This document shows, one piece after another, positions 1-22,554 of a DNA stretch of 64,000 nucleotides. The stretch is from assembly GCA_964016885.1 (NCBI GenBank), contig OZ024742.1, positions 151,962,001 to 152,026,000 of the forward strand. The letters are read 5' to 3'. The position numbers were made by a program, and so were the translations under genes. The notes beneath the pieces are model-generated. The model made no database searches. It was not told the origin of the DNA and saw only the letters and a list, made by a program, of their open reading frames with translations. Source of the DNA: Eledone cirrhosa (Eukaryota). The number at the start of each line of letters is the position of its first letter. Positions within the stretch are counted from its first letter, which is position 1.

Positions 1-1240
1 CAGCAAGGCCTTTGACAGGGTTGATCATAACATTCTACTGAGAAAGCTGTCCAATATTGGTGTCACTGGAAAGCTGCTGCAGTGGATCAAGAGCTTCCTG
101 TCAAACAGAACCCAACATGTTGTAGTTGAGGGAGTCAAATCAAGCCCAGCCAAAGTCAGTAGTGGAGTCCCACAAGGCACTGTGTTGGGCCCACTTCTCT
201 TCATCATCTATATTAATGACATCACTGACATCATCAAACACAGCAACATTAAAATTTTCGCTGATGATTCCAAGCTCCAAAAGGTCATCAATGGCGTGGA
301 TGACCGGATAAGCCTTCAGTCAGACCTACTGGCTGTTACCCAATGGGCAGAAAAGAACAACATGTTACTGAACGAAGACAAATTCGAACTGATCCACTTT
401 GGAAAAGAGGATGCTCTGAAACTTCCGTACTCCCTTCCCTCCGGGGAAACTCTCGTGGCATCTAACAACATCAGAGACTTGGGAGTAACCGTGGACAGCA
501 ACATAAGCTGGACCACGCATATAAGCAGCAAAGTTGACATGGCCCGCAGAATGTGTTCCTGGATCCTCAGAACCTTCCAGTCGAGAGATTCCCGCACCAT
601 TATCCTTCTCTTCTCTACTTTCGCCCGACCACACCTTGAATACTGTTGTCCACTGTGGTCTCCCCACACGAAACAAAGTATCATGAAACTTGAAGCTCCT
701 CAAAGGGCAATCACGAAAAAGATAGATGGCATGTCAGACCTTGACTACTGGGGTCGATTGGAAAACCTGAAACTTTACTCACTCCAACGTCGCGTGAGCG
801 TTATATTATCTGCATGATGTGGGAAAATGTTCATCATCACTGCCCAAATGATGTTGGCATCGCCTTCAAGATACACCCAAGGCTTGGGCCCCGTGCTATC
901 CGTCCCATTCAAAAATCTAAATCGCAACTCATAACAACAATACGGCACAATTATTTCACCTCAATCGGCCCTGCTCTCTTCAACATCACACCAGGACACG
1001 TCAAAACAGAAACTGACCACACAAAATTCAAGAAGTCTTTGGACAAATTCCTCCAAGTAATCCCGGACAAACCACCCACACCCGGATATGTCTCCGCAAA
1101 CAGTAATTCTCTTCTCGAATGGGCCATGGTGCCCAAATCCTGAATTGAAAGACTTCGCCAGGTGGTGCTATTAAGTTAGACATGGCCTGGGCCAATACTG
1201 GCCAAAACATTTCAAAGTTATTCAAAGTTATTCAAAGTTA
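1..1240 (+). mobile_element. 3' part of a CR1/L2-group LINE: RT domain, C-terminus, short 3' UTR and tandem-repeat tail
   Basis: Frame from nt 2 reads SKAFDRVDH...SGVPQGTVLGP...FADD...RDLGV...RPHLEYCCPLWSP. Frameshift near 795 continues into ORF 814-1143 (PDKPPTPGY...SNSL). 3' UTR hairpin GGCCA-ATAC-TGGCC (1190-1203), then tail (TTCAAAGTTA)x3 at 1211-1240. Confidence 0.85.
2..1143 (+). pseudogene. Frameshifted reverse transcriptase ORF2 fragment of the CR1-group LINE
   Basis: Two overlapping ORFs (to 817 and 814-1143) join into the typical LQRRRERY..I C-terminal motif if one base is restored near 793. Confidence 0.8.
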
Positions 1241-4971
<3,731 letters not shown>

Positions 4972-4974
4972 TAT

Positions 4975-6123
4975 GGATTCCATGAACAACAAATATACAG
5001 TCAGTCCCTTCTCTTATTTGGAGACTCTTTCCACACACACCTCAAAGCCAATTGGAAAAGATATCTAGACGACTGCTTTATCCTATGGCAAGAAGACATG
5101 AACTCACTTACTACGTTTAAAAACATGATAAACAACATAGATAATAACATACAATTCACAATGGAATCCAATCCTAAGGAATTAGCCTTCTTGGATATTC
5201 TCATCTCTGTAATAGACGGGAAATTAGATACAGATATATTCTATAAACCCACAGATTCCAAGCAATACCTCTTTTTCACATCAAGTCACCCAAAACATAC
5301 AAAACTTAACATTCCTTACAATTTGGCCAAACGTATATGTACCATAGTATCAGATCCACCTAAACGGGAGCAAAGACTAAAGGAACTAAAAGACACCCTT
5401 ATCTTAAGAGCCTTTCCACTTGAAATAATCAACAATGGAATAGACAGGGCAAAACACCTAAATCCCCATCAACTTAACAATCCAAAACAGAAAACCACAC
5501 TCAACACCCTGCCATATGTATCCACTTTCAACCCCAGAAATACCGAAATGTTTGATCACCTACACAAAAACCTCCCCATCCTACTTAAAGATGTAAAAAT
5601 GAAGTCTATTCTTGAAACACACAAGATCCTTAAAAGTAAAAGACAACCCAAATCACTTAAACGCATTCTCACTGGACCAAATATACCCAAACCAATCCTC
5701 AACCCTACAGTTACCAAATGTGGTAGAACAAACTGTGGAACGTGCCTCTACCTCACTGAAGGACAAACATTTACATTCAAAGATGGCCAAACATTTACAG
5801 TAAAAAACAATTTCACCTGCAACTCGGAGAACTTGATTTACGCAATAACTTGCGGTGGGTGCAAACACAACTACATAGGACAGACGGGCACCTCATTACG
5901 CAAAAGAATGACCATCCACCGCCAACAAATCCGGGACGCTAACACAAGAAAAATCCCCTTGAGCAGCCATATTGCGAACTGCGCAGGAATGACACTACCC
6001 AACTTTAAAATCTTCCCCTTCTACAAGTGCTCAGATTCGTTCACACAACAACAAAGAATAAACAAAGAAAATCTATTCCTTAACAAATTTAAACCAAAAC
6101 TAAACGGGTTATCACCCCAATAG
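4975..6123 (+). CDS. PLE RT C-terminal half + CX4CX2C linker + GIY-YIG endonuclease (5'-truncated, no internal stops)
   Basis: [10 protein letters not shown] linker; [19 protein letters not shown]...RMTIHR...SSH...[14 protein letters not shown] fits the PLE GIY-YIG with CCHH motif. Confidence 0.85.
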   Translation, partial: GFHEQQIYSQSLLLFGDSFHTHLKANWKRYLDDCFILWQEDMNSLTTFKNMINNIDNNIQFTMESNPKELAFLDILISVIDGKLDTDIFYKPTDSKQYLFFTSSHPKHTKLNIPYNLAKRICTIVSDPPKREQRLKELKDTLILRAFPLEIINNGIDRAKHLNPHQLNNPKQKTTLNTLPYVSTFNPRNTEMFDHLHKNLPILLKDVKMKSILETHKILKSKRQPKSLKRILTGPNIPKPILNPTVTKCGRTNCGTCLYLTEGQTFTFKDGQTFTVKNNFTCNSENLIYAITCGGCKHNYIGQTGTSLRKRMTIHRQQIRDANTRKIPLSSHIANCAGMTLPNFKIFPFYKCSDSFTQQQRINKENLFLNKFKPKLNGLSPQ

Positions 6124-6345
6124 AATTGTCATAAATATAAACACACATACGCACGGAATCACTACTATTAAAGACCAGAGACCAATTCTGTAGAATCAGG
6201 TTTATTCATTGACAGACCATGCCTTTGTGTGACCAACACATCCATGTTAAACCCTGCACGTGCACACACAGATATCTATATATATATGCGCACACAGAAT
6301 TATTTTAATTTCACTGCCCCAACTTCTTATATTATGGAAAAAATA

Positions 6346-6754
6346 TATGTGTCTGTATGTATATATATATATATATATATTTGAAGGCCATTTTCTCTGT
6401 ATGTGGGTGTATGTATGTGTGTGTGTGTGTGTGTGAGTATGTGTGTGCATGTGGATGTATGTATTGTGTGTGCGTGTGTGTGTGTGTGTGTGTGTATGTA
6501 TGTGGGTATCTGGATGTATGCGTATGTGTATATATATATATATATGCATGTGTGTGTGTGTGTGTGTATATATATGTGTGTGTATGTGTGTATATATATG
6601 TGTGTGTGTGTGTGTGTGTATGTTTGTATGTGTGTATGTATATATATATATGTGTGTGTGTATGTATGTGGGTATCTGGATGTATGCGTATGTGTATATA
6701 TATATATATGCATGTGTGTGTGTGTGTGTGTATATATATGTGTGTGTATGTGTG

Positions 6755-6785
<31 letters not shown>

Positions 6786-6839
6786 ATGTTTGTATGTGTG
6801 TATGTATATATATATATGTGTGTGTGTATGTATGTGTGG

Positions 6840-6937
<98 letters not shown>

Positions 6938-6968
6938 GTGTATCTGGATGTATGTGTATGTATATATA

Positions 6969-7023
<55 letters not shown>

Positions 7024-7170
7024 ATGTGTATATATATGTGTGTGTGTGTATGTGTGTATGTATATGTATGTGTGTGTGTATGTATGTGTGTATATGTATA
7101 TATATATATATATATATATGTATATGTATATGTATGTATGTGTGGATGAAGGTATGTGTGTATATATAGG
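6346..7170. repeat. Compound (TG)n/(TA)n microsatellite with ~170-bp higher-order repeats marked by GGGTATCTGGATGTATGCG
   Basis: Marker recurs near 6505, 6670 and (variant) 6940. Confidence 0.85.
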
Positions 7171-7621
7171 TGTAAGTGCACTAAATCCTTTTCTATCACG
7201 CTCCACTCTCCTACCCATCACAGGAAGATATATGTGTGTGTATATTGCTTCCACCAGCTCACTGACCAGCAGCTGGCTATTGCTAAATCTGACCTTTATA
7301 AAATAACCCACACCCCAAATAACTTCTCATTCACTACCAGAAAGGGACACAGCAGTCAACCTGTTGTTGCTACCTAGATGAAAACTGCTATGAAATCCCA
7401 CAATGAATTTTATACTTGAATTTCAAGTCTCAAATTTTAACTCTTCGTATTATTAATTTTTCTTAATATTAATCAACATTTGAAAAGATGGCTTTTGCAG
7501 ACCCATTGAAACCGGTCATTTTTTATACCCTTTATTATTTCCTTACCTTATAAAATAATGTTTTTTCACAAAAAAGTATTCTGTCTCTTATATATTCCAT
7601 GTGACATTACAACCTCAATTT

Positions 7622-13279
<5,658 letters not shown>

Positions 13280-13324
13280 TAAACAAATAATGAATAAACA
13301 ATTCCTTATATTAAACAAAAAAAG

Positions 13325-13478
13325 TTCATTATTTAACGATCGTTTCTAGGATATATATGTGTTAGAGTTGGCATGCATATTCAACAGATCTATGTACAAA
13401 ATTATACAAAATTATACAAACTATCAAGATTAAATATACATACCAACACATATATACGCCGTCTTCAGAAATAATGAA
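13325..13478 (-). ncRNA. Type-I hammerhead ribozyme with long stem II (copy E, 10-bp stem I)
   Basis: Minus strand reads TTCATTATTT-CTGAAGA-...-GAAAC-GATC-GTT-AAATAATGAA. Confidence 0.75.
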
Positions 13479-13739
13479 ATATATTTATTGATAATAACAA
13501 CAATTCAAACTTTCAGGTCCGTTTGGGAACAAAATTGACCAATGAAAATACAAAAGGTTTAATGCAGTTCGGTGTGTGTATATACATGTAACAACCCTTA
13601 CACATATTTTACAAAAATGTATGCACAACCTGTATACGCATACAAAAAGGATGGATGCAAATACAAAATTTCAAGGTTAATGTCTCTGTAAGTTTATAAT
13701 GCACAGATAAGATGCGTATAGATACATAAATATGAAATA

Positions 13740-15700
<1,961 letters not shown>

Positions 15701-16145
15701 TTATTAGCATAGTTTCAAAATTGAAGTAAACAATGTTTGCTTTTACCCGTTTAAGGGATCTTCTGAAACTTAGATTTTAATGAGACCCAAACCAAACCCA
15801 CGCTATATATGAACTCAAGGACATGGAAATCATAATGCTACAATCCACTCCACCCATCATTCACATACCGTACAAATTATAATCCTCCAATTAACTTTAC
15901 GGAGGGGACAGTCTTGATTATGCTACATGCGTTGTATGCAGTTTCTATATTAGTATTAGCGAATACTTAGCATTGTAGTTACACATTGTCAGTACAGTCA
16001 CTTGTAATAAGTATGCATGTAGGTGTGTGTGCATGTTGATGCCAACATTAACAGCACGAACCAATTGATGAAGATTGTCAGATTTTCAGATGTATTCACG
16101 ATATCGTCTGGAATCCTCAATCACTCACATCGTGTGTGTGTGAAT

Positions 16146-16263
<118 letters not shown>

Positions 16264-17017
16264 ATATGTTGAGTTCTGCCTCTCCGGTGTGCACTATTTC
16301 GACTCATGGTCCCAATCCCCTTCTTAAATAAAGGAATATTCTTATAACAGATGATAAATAAGTTTGTGAAGAAATACATTCCTTTTAAAGAAATTTGTTA
16401 CTGGAGGAGAGAAATACTCTTGATAAATATGTACATAACTTGGTTTCTGAGTATATAGGTTGTCATTTCATTCTGGTAAACATACCCAATAAAAAAACAT
16501 CGTCTCTAATAATCGAAATCTTAGTTCCCATTCTGATGTTTACTATCTTTCTAAGAATCTAATTATAAGTCCTAACATTGTTGTTTACTTTATGTAAACT
16601 AGAAAAATTCAAATAATTTCTCGTATATTTTTCATCACTCCCAGTATTCTTTATTTTTCTTTATATATATTTAGGATATTCACAATAATGAATTAAATAA
16701 ACACTTAAGAAATTAATCAATTTTTTTTGTGACAAAATTAAATATATATCAAATTATACATAAGTGCGTATAAGACGAACATTATTTAAAACAAAGGAAA
16801 ATTTGTTCGTGGGCTAATATATTATTTTGAGATAAAAACTTGGAGTTGAATGGCACTGAAACAGTTAGAGATAGAAATATTGAACATCTGGAACCTGAGA
16901 AGTTTTGTGATAACCTACCTAGATAAAAACTAGGAGTTGAATGACACTGAAATGGTTAATGATGGGAAGGCTTAGATTATTATTATCTATTGACAAAACC
17001 TGGAATCTATCTATCTA

Positions 17018-20000
17018 GGGCCAGCTTTTAAATGTATAGATGTGATAGCCATCACCGGATCCAGGATTCACGACAAGCAGCAGCTAACCCCCATGTTCGA
17101 TGACTTTGAAATTTACGCATCTCTCTGTGAGCCAAGGGGTGGAGTGGGGGTGCTGTTTTGTTTCGAAAAATCTTGGATCTCAAAGCACAGACGATTCACT
17201 TGGACCCGGAGGGCAGCTTGGTGGTCCTGGACGTGAATGGTAGTGAAGGTCGAGCTTTCAGATTGGTGGCGGTATATGACTGGGACATCGCGACCAGAGT
17301 TCTTCAAGCGTCTGAAGCCATTCCTGGGAACGTCTCGCTCCTTAGTGTTAGCGGGGTACGGAATGGCATCTTAGATGCACGTTGGGACTATGTAGCTGCT
17401 TGTGATAATAGAGGGGGGGGGGGGTGTAATAGCCTAAAAAGTCTCATCAGCCAATTCCAACTGGCTGATAGATATCGACTAGACTTCCTAAGTTTACCAC
17501 TGTGAGCATGGAGCAACCTCACTGGGTCTTCTAGATCGTATTTAGATGAATTGTTAATTAGACAGAATGATAAGTAAACATTAAGCTGTCCACAAATATA
17601 CATGGTTGCCTATTCAGACCACAAATTAGTCACATGCGTAGTCAACCTTGATAGAACACATGGACAGGGACCCGGAGACTGGAAGCTAAACATGTCGCTT
17701 CCTGCGCGTAAGGCCTACAGTAAACGGATTAGCACCTTAGTTAAGTGCCAGCTCATGGGGACGATCGTCAACAACAGGTGTTGGAGCTCTCTCAAGAGAA
17801 CAATTAGAATATAATCGATAGTATTTAGCAAAGAAGTAGCTTTAGGAAAAAACAAAACCGAAAAAGGAACTGGTAGCTAAAGTAGAAGAGGCACTTAGGA
17901 ATGGCAGTACAGCTGATGTGCTAGCGGCGAGAACGGCACTAGACTAGTTCTTCAACGCGAAACACGAAGGTTGTATTGTCAGAAGTAGAACACGTGCTCT
18001 AAGAAACGTAGGAGCCAAAGCTGTTAGCTGTGTCCGAGTGGCAGAGGCGAAAAGTGGGAACAAATCTACAATTCGGTATTGCAAGACAAAGATGAACGCA
18101 TTCTGCTTGAATCCAAGCAGATCTGCACGGCCTTCCAGCAGCATTTTGCACAACTGTTCGGACAAAGCGGTTCGCCGAGGGAGGTGATGGACTTCAGTTC
18201 CTACCTCGACGGCGTACAACGACTCTCGAGCATGGATGAAGAGAGCTACGAAAGGCCGATCACGGCGGGCGAAATAGAAGATGCCCTAGTCCACTGCGGG
18301 AAACTCAAATCACCCGGTTTAGATGGTCTACCCTATGAGTTTTACATAGGCATGCCAGACTTGTTCTCTGGCGTCCTCGAAGCGGTCTACTGCAACTGGC
18401 AGCAGAACGGGAGGATTCCCAGTTCTGTAGGCAGAGGCGTATTAATGCTCATCAGGAAAGATGAGAAGAGGGGGGGGGGGGTTCTCAAGGTGGCCGGCTT
18501 CGGTCCCGTCTTCAGAGGCTGGATCGCTGCCATGCACACCAGCATCTGCTCAGCAGTCAAGTTGAATGGCTACCTATCGGAGCCATTCCAAATCATGCGT
18601 TCCATCCGTCAAGGATGCCCTCTCTCCTCCATTCTGTATGTACTGACTCTTGAGCCATTACTGCGGAAGTTGGAGCTGTTGCATGGCATCCCGATCAAAC
18701 CAGAACTGCGGAAAGCAGCGTCGGCCTGTGCCGACGACATAACCGTAATAGTGTCGAAAACCTCGGACATCGGGGTAATCAGCAACCTATTACAGGATAC
18801 GAAACGTTGACAGGAGCAAGTCTAAACTCAAACAAGTCTGTCGGTTTGCAACTCGGCACATGGAGAAGCACACCCATGCCTTCCAACAGTGTCGTTGGAT
18901 ACTGGACGGAAGGACTGGTGAAATTGCTCGGGGTCTGGTTTTGTCCAGACCTCCAGGTGGACAAGAAACGGAACTAGGTCACAGCGAAAGTGTTTGCACA
19001 CCCCATAAGTGGGCTGAGTGAAAACTCTCCTTGAAAGGTCGAGCGGAGGTGGCGAACACTTACATAACGTCCGTCATCTACTACTGCTTGACAATCGTGC
19101 CTTGTCACCGCTAATACGTCACCAAAATGGAACGCCTACTCTTCAAGCGCCTCTGGAATAAACAGGCTCCATTTGTGAGGAGATCCATCTGTTGTCAACA
19201 CTTTTCTAATGGAGGGCTGGGCAAGCCGTGGCTGATGATGCGCAAACACGCACTGAGGCTACACCATCTCCAGGTATTCCTGACCGGTGAACCGGTGTGG
19301 CTGTCGTATGTGAGACAAGCTCTTCCACAACTCGTTTCACTAACAGAGCTGCAGTCCTGGGTCAAGCGAAGACCGAAAATGGGTGCCTGGCACCTTGAGT
19401 GCCTTCAGGCGCTCATAGCCCTCTACCAAGCGGAAACAGCAATCAGCGGAGACTCCACTTCGACATTCTATATGGGATTAGTGGAGGATAAGTGCGATGA
19501 CGTTTTAGGGGAAACTCTAGGCATCGAGGAGGACGAACTGACCAGTCTGTTTGGGACGACTTTCCGTCCAGGACCTATGGATAACATCCAAAGGTCTCTG
19601 GCCTGGGAGTGCTACCGAGGAGTTCTATCAGTTCGAGACAAAATCTACAGCCACGGACGTCCTGGCAGAGATCCTGCCAAAAGGTCCTGTCCAAGATGCG
19701 AGCAGGACATCGAAACCGTTCTGCACGCAATTGTTCAGTGCTCAGGGGTGACCGACCTGTGGAATTATGTCGAACAGCTACTGTTACGTGTGGGACACAT
19801 CCAGTTGTCAGCTGAGTCCATCGTGAGGATCTCCCCGCCGCCTTCATTTAAGAATGAAGGATAGGCGGGTTTCCTCTATCTGGTGGCTATGGGGAAAGAG
19901 GTAATATGGTGGATGAGGTTAAAAGGACTAAGGGCAAGCACCTTTCTCTCCGGACAACAACTTATCCCCTTCTTTAAGTATCACTTCAGAAGGAAGGTGA

Positions 20001-20352
20001 GAGTGGAGAGAGAGGTGCTACACCCCAGTAAATTCGCTGAAAGGTGGGTGAATGTGGCAAAAATGGCCCGAGTAATGGGCCTTCCCTGTATATAACCCTG
20101 TAGGTTGAGGAAGATAAACAGAGGGAAGACAGGAACACCTACAAAACGTGTTCCTGGTGTGGAGGGTTGTTCTATCCACAGGGTGTAAAACAACCCTGCA
20201 GTAACGTTGCCCCCTACTGGGGATTTCAATTGTTATTTTATTATATATAGTTTATTGTTATTTATTAATGTTAAAGTTATTTTTATGTAAAACCCCTGCC
20301 ATCACGTCATGTAATGTCCCATTTTTGTACGCCTCTGTGGCAAATAAAAAAA
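17018..20352 (+). mobile_element. Tx1-clade LINE copy T1: 5'-truncated within the endonuclease, degenerate, internal RT deletion near 18475
   Basis: Preceded by (ATCT)3 at 17005-17017. ORF fragments homologous to T2 ORF2 (YSDH, KSPGLDG, SIRQGCPLS, CADD, CPRC..HAIVQC). Ends AATAAAAAAA then (ATCT)n. Confidence 0.9.
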
Positions 20353-20406
<54 letters not shown>

Positions 20407-20415
20407 AGAAATCTA
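20353..20415. repeat. (ATCT)n spacer between T1 and T2
   Basis: Direct reading. Confidence 0.97.
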
Positions 20416-20639
20416 GCTGTCGTCTGTTCTACAGTGTGGATGTCATTCACTTCGCACAGAAGTTTTGTTCAAATTTATTGAGGAAATTTTGTGAGTTCAA
20501 ACTTAATTTTGATACAATTGTGTAGCTTGACCCTCCGTCTGAACTGTCAGGCGGTGGGTCAGCTCATCTTTACCCCTCCTAGAGGTGAAAAACCTGTTTT
20601 AAAAAATTTTGTGTAAAAAATTTCAATCGTCTAACAGAA

Positions 20640-22521
20640 ATGTTAAACGCAGCGAACGAAAATAGTGGTGGGGGGACAGCGGTAAGAGTTGTAAGCTCGC
20701 ACGCTTTAGTCCTCCCTTCCTTCCCAACTAACGTCATAGAGAAGGAAGGAAAAATGAAAATAAAAACGGACGAATCTGCGGAGGAAAAAAAATTAAATGA
20801 CGAAAACAACGAAAAAAAAAAATTTGAAAAATTGCATGACAATACTAATAACACAAACAAAGACACAACAAACAAAAAAATAACAGTTGAAAATAACATC
20901 ATATCAGAAAACAAAGCAGACGACCAGATTTCATTTGCACAGAAAACAAAGAAATCTTTGACTTATATAGCGGAAAACATTTCAGATGTGGTACGAAGGA
21001 TCACGGACGCAAAACAATACATAAGTGAAGGTGAGAATGGTATTTTATGGGTAAAAATGCCTCAAGAATTCACGAAAGACATTGAAAGCCGAACGGTCAA
21101 GTTTCGGACCATCAACAACAGTACAAAAAAACCTGAACAGCCTTCTCAAGCAGATATCAAAACAGTACTCGCAGAAGTACTGAATGAAACAACTTTCATA
21201 AGAAAAGACAGACTGTATGGAAGTCTAGCAATTATCATGAAGAACGAATCGGCAGCAAAAAAATGTGCTTTGTCACCGATTCGTTCGAAAAATTTCACCT
21301 TTTATCCATCTTATATGGGAAAAAAAAACTCAACGCATATGGCTGGATGCAATGATGCCAGATGTGGACTACTGCTGGCTCATAGCTGGCTTCATCGATC
21401 CAGTGAATGACAACGTGATTTCCATTGGGAAAACCACAGGCAATGCGTTCAGTGGAACAGGTATAGAGCTGGTAGTACAAATGAAGCCTGAACGCATCGC
21501 CCAAATACCCGACAGAATCCTATTAGAGGACCACGGGTATATAAACATTAGCGTGGAGGGGAGAAGGCCGTCCTGCCATATCTGTGCAGGCAGAGGGCAC
21601 CTGAAGGCCGCTTGTCCCCAACTCAACAAAAAGAAAACCCTGCTACCAACACCAGCTCCACCACCACCACCACAACAGATAAACAAACAACAAAACTCAG
21701 TCCCACCCAACCCGTCCCTCAGTAACACCACAACACCACCACAACACAAACAGTCACAACACATTACCCCAAAACAAAATACAGGCCCACCCAACCTCTC
21801 ACTCAATAAAACAACACAACCACCGCAGACACAACACACAACACAGTCTAACATAGTGACATCCATCTCCCCCACAAAGAAAACCAACACGGAAACATTA
21901 CCAGCAAACATACCTCTTCCCTCCAACACTGAAGATAACCCAACGAATTCGGAGGAAGAAACGGAGTCCTTCAGACAGATTAAAAGGAAAAAAAGAAAAC
22001 ATGTGCAAAACACACAAGGACAAACAACCCCCACCCAAATCGCAACACAATCTAACAAAACAGAAAACACCCCTCCAGCAACAAACAAAACCAAACCTGC
22101 CCCTCCCCTCTTCGAAACACTCACACCATCGGAAAAAAAGACATTACACTATACTTACATCAACAGAAACAATAATAAATTAAATGAACTCATATACAAT
22201 AATCCTTCGGTACAAACCGAAGGTGTAAACTTTGTTTCATCAGAAAACCACCCACATTTAAAACTAATAAAAATCCCAATGAACCTCTACCAAAAACTAA
22301 AAAAGGATTTTAAGGAGGACGTAGGACCACCCTCTGTCAAACCCATAAACCGCGTCCTACTAAAAAGCTTTCCCCCTCCCCTTCCCCTCCCCAACACAAC
22401 TCCAAACACCCCAACCCCACCACACACCGACGACCCCACACCACCACAAGACACCCCTTCACCCAACACCCCCGACCCCATGGAAGTCGTGCAACCCGAA
22501 CCCCGGGAAGCGGAAAGGTAG
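20640..22521 (+). pseudogene. T2 ORF1 (gag-like, CCHC zinc knuckle) with a single +1 frameshift in an A9 run at 21320-21328
   Basis: ORFs 20640-21410 and 21265-22521 join to match the T3/T5 reading SYMGKRTQRIW. Knuckle CHICAGRGHLKAAC; basic IKRKKRKH motif. Confidence 0.85.
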
Positions 22522-22554
22522 GTCTCTACACTCTCCTTTGGCTCTGCCGCCCAC

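Noticed and set aside
4975-6123. Selenoprotein-type (Naiad) PLE with in-frame UGA
   Set aside because: The visible frame has no internal TGA and ends in TAG.
16830-16960. Two diverged ~40-bp direct repeats (AGATAAAAACT.GGAGTTGAATG.CACTGAAA) 91 bp apart
   Set aside because: Only two copies and no associated structure; a local duplication, not a CRISPR-like array.
21369-22124. Antisense 251-aa ORF repeated in T2, T3 and T5
   Set aside because: Shadow of the A/C-rich ORF1 strand; recurs only because the copies are near-identical.
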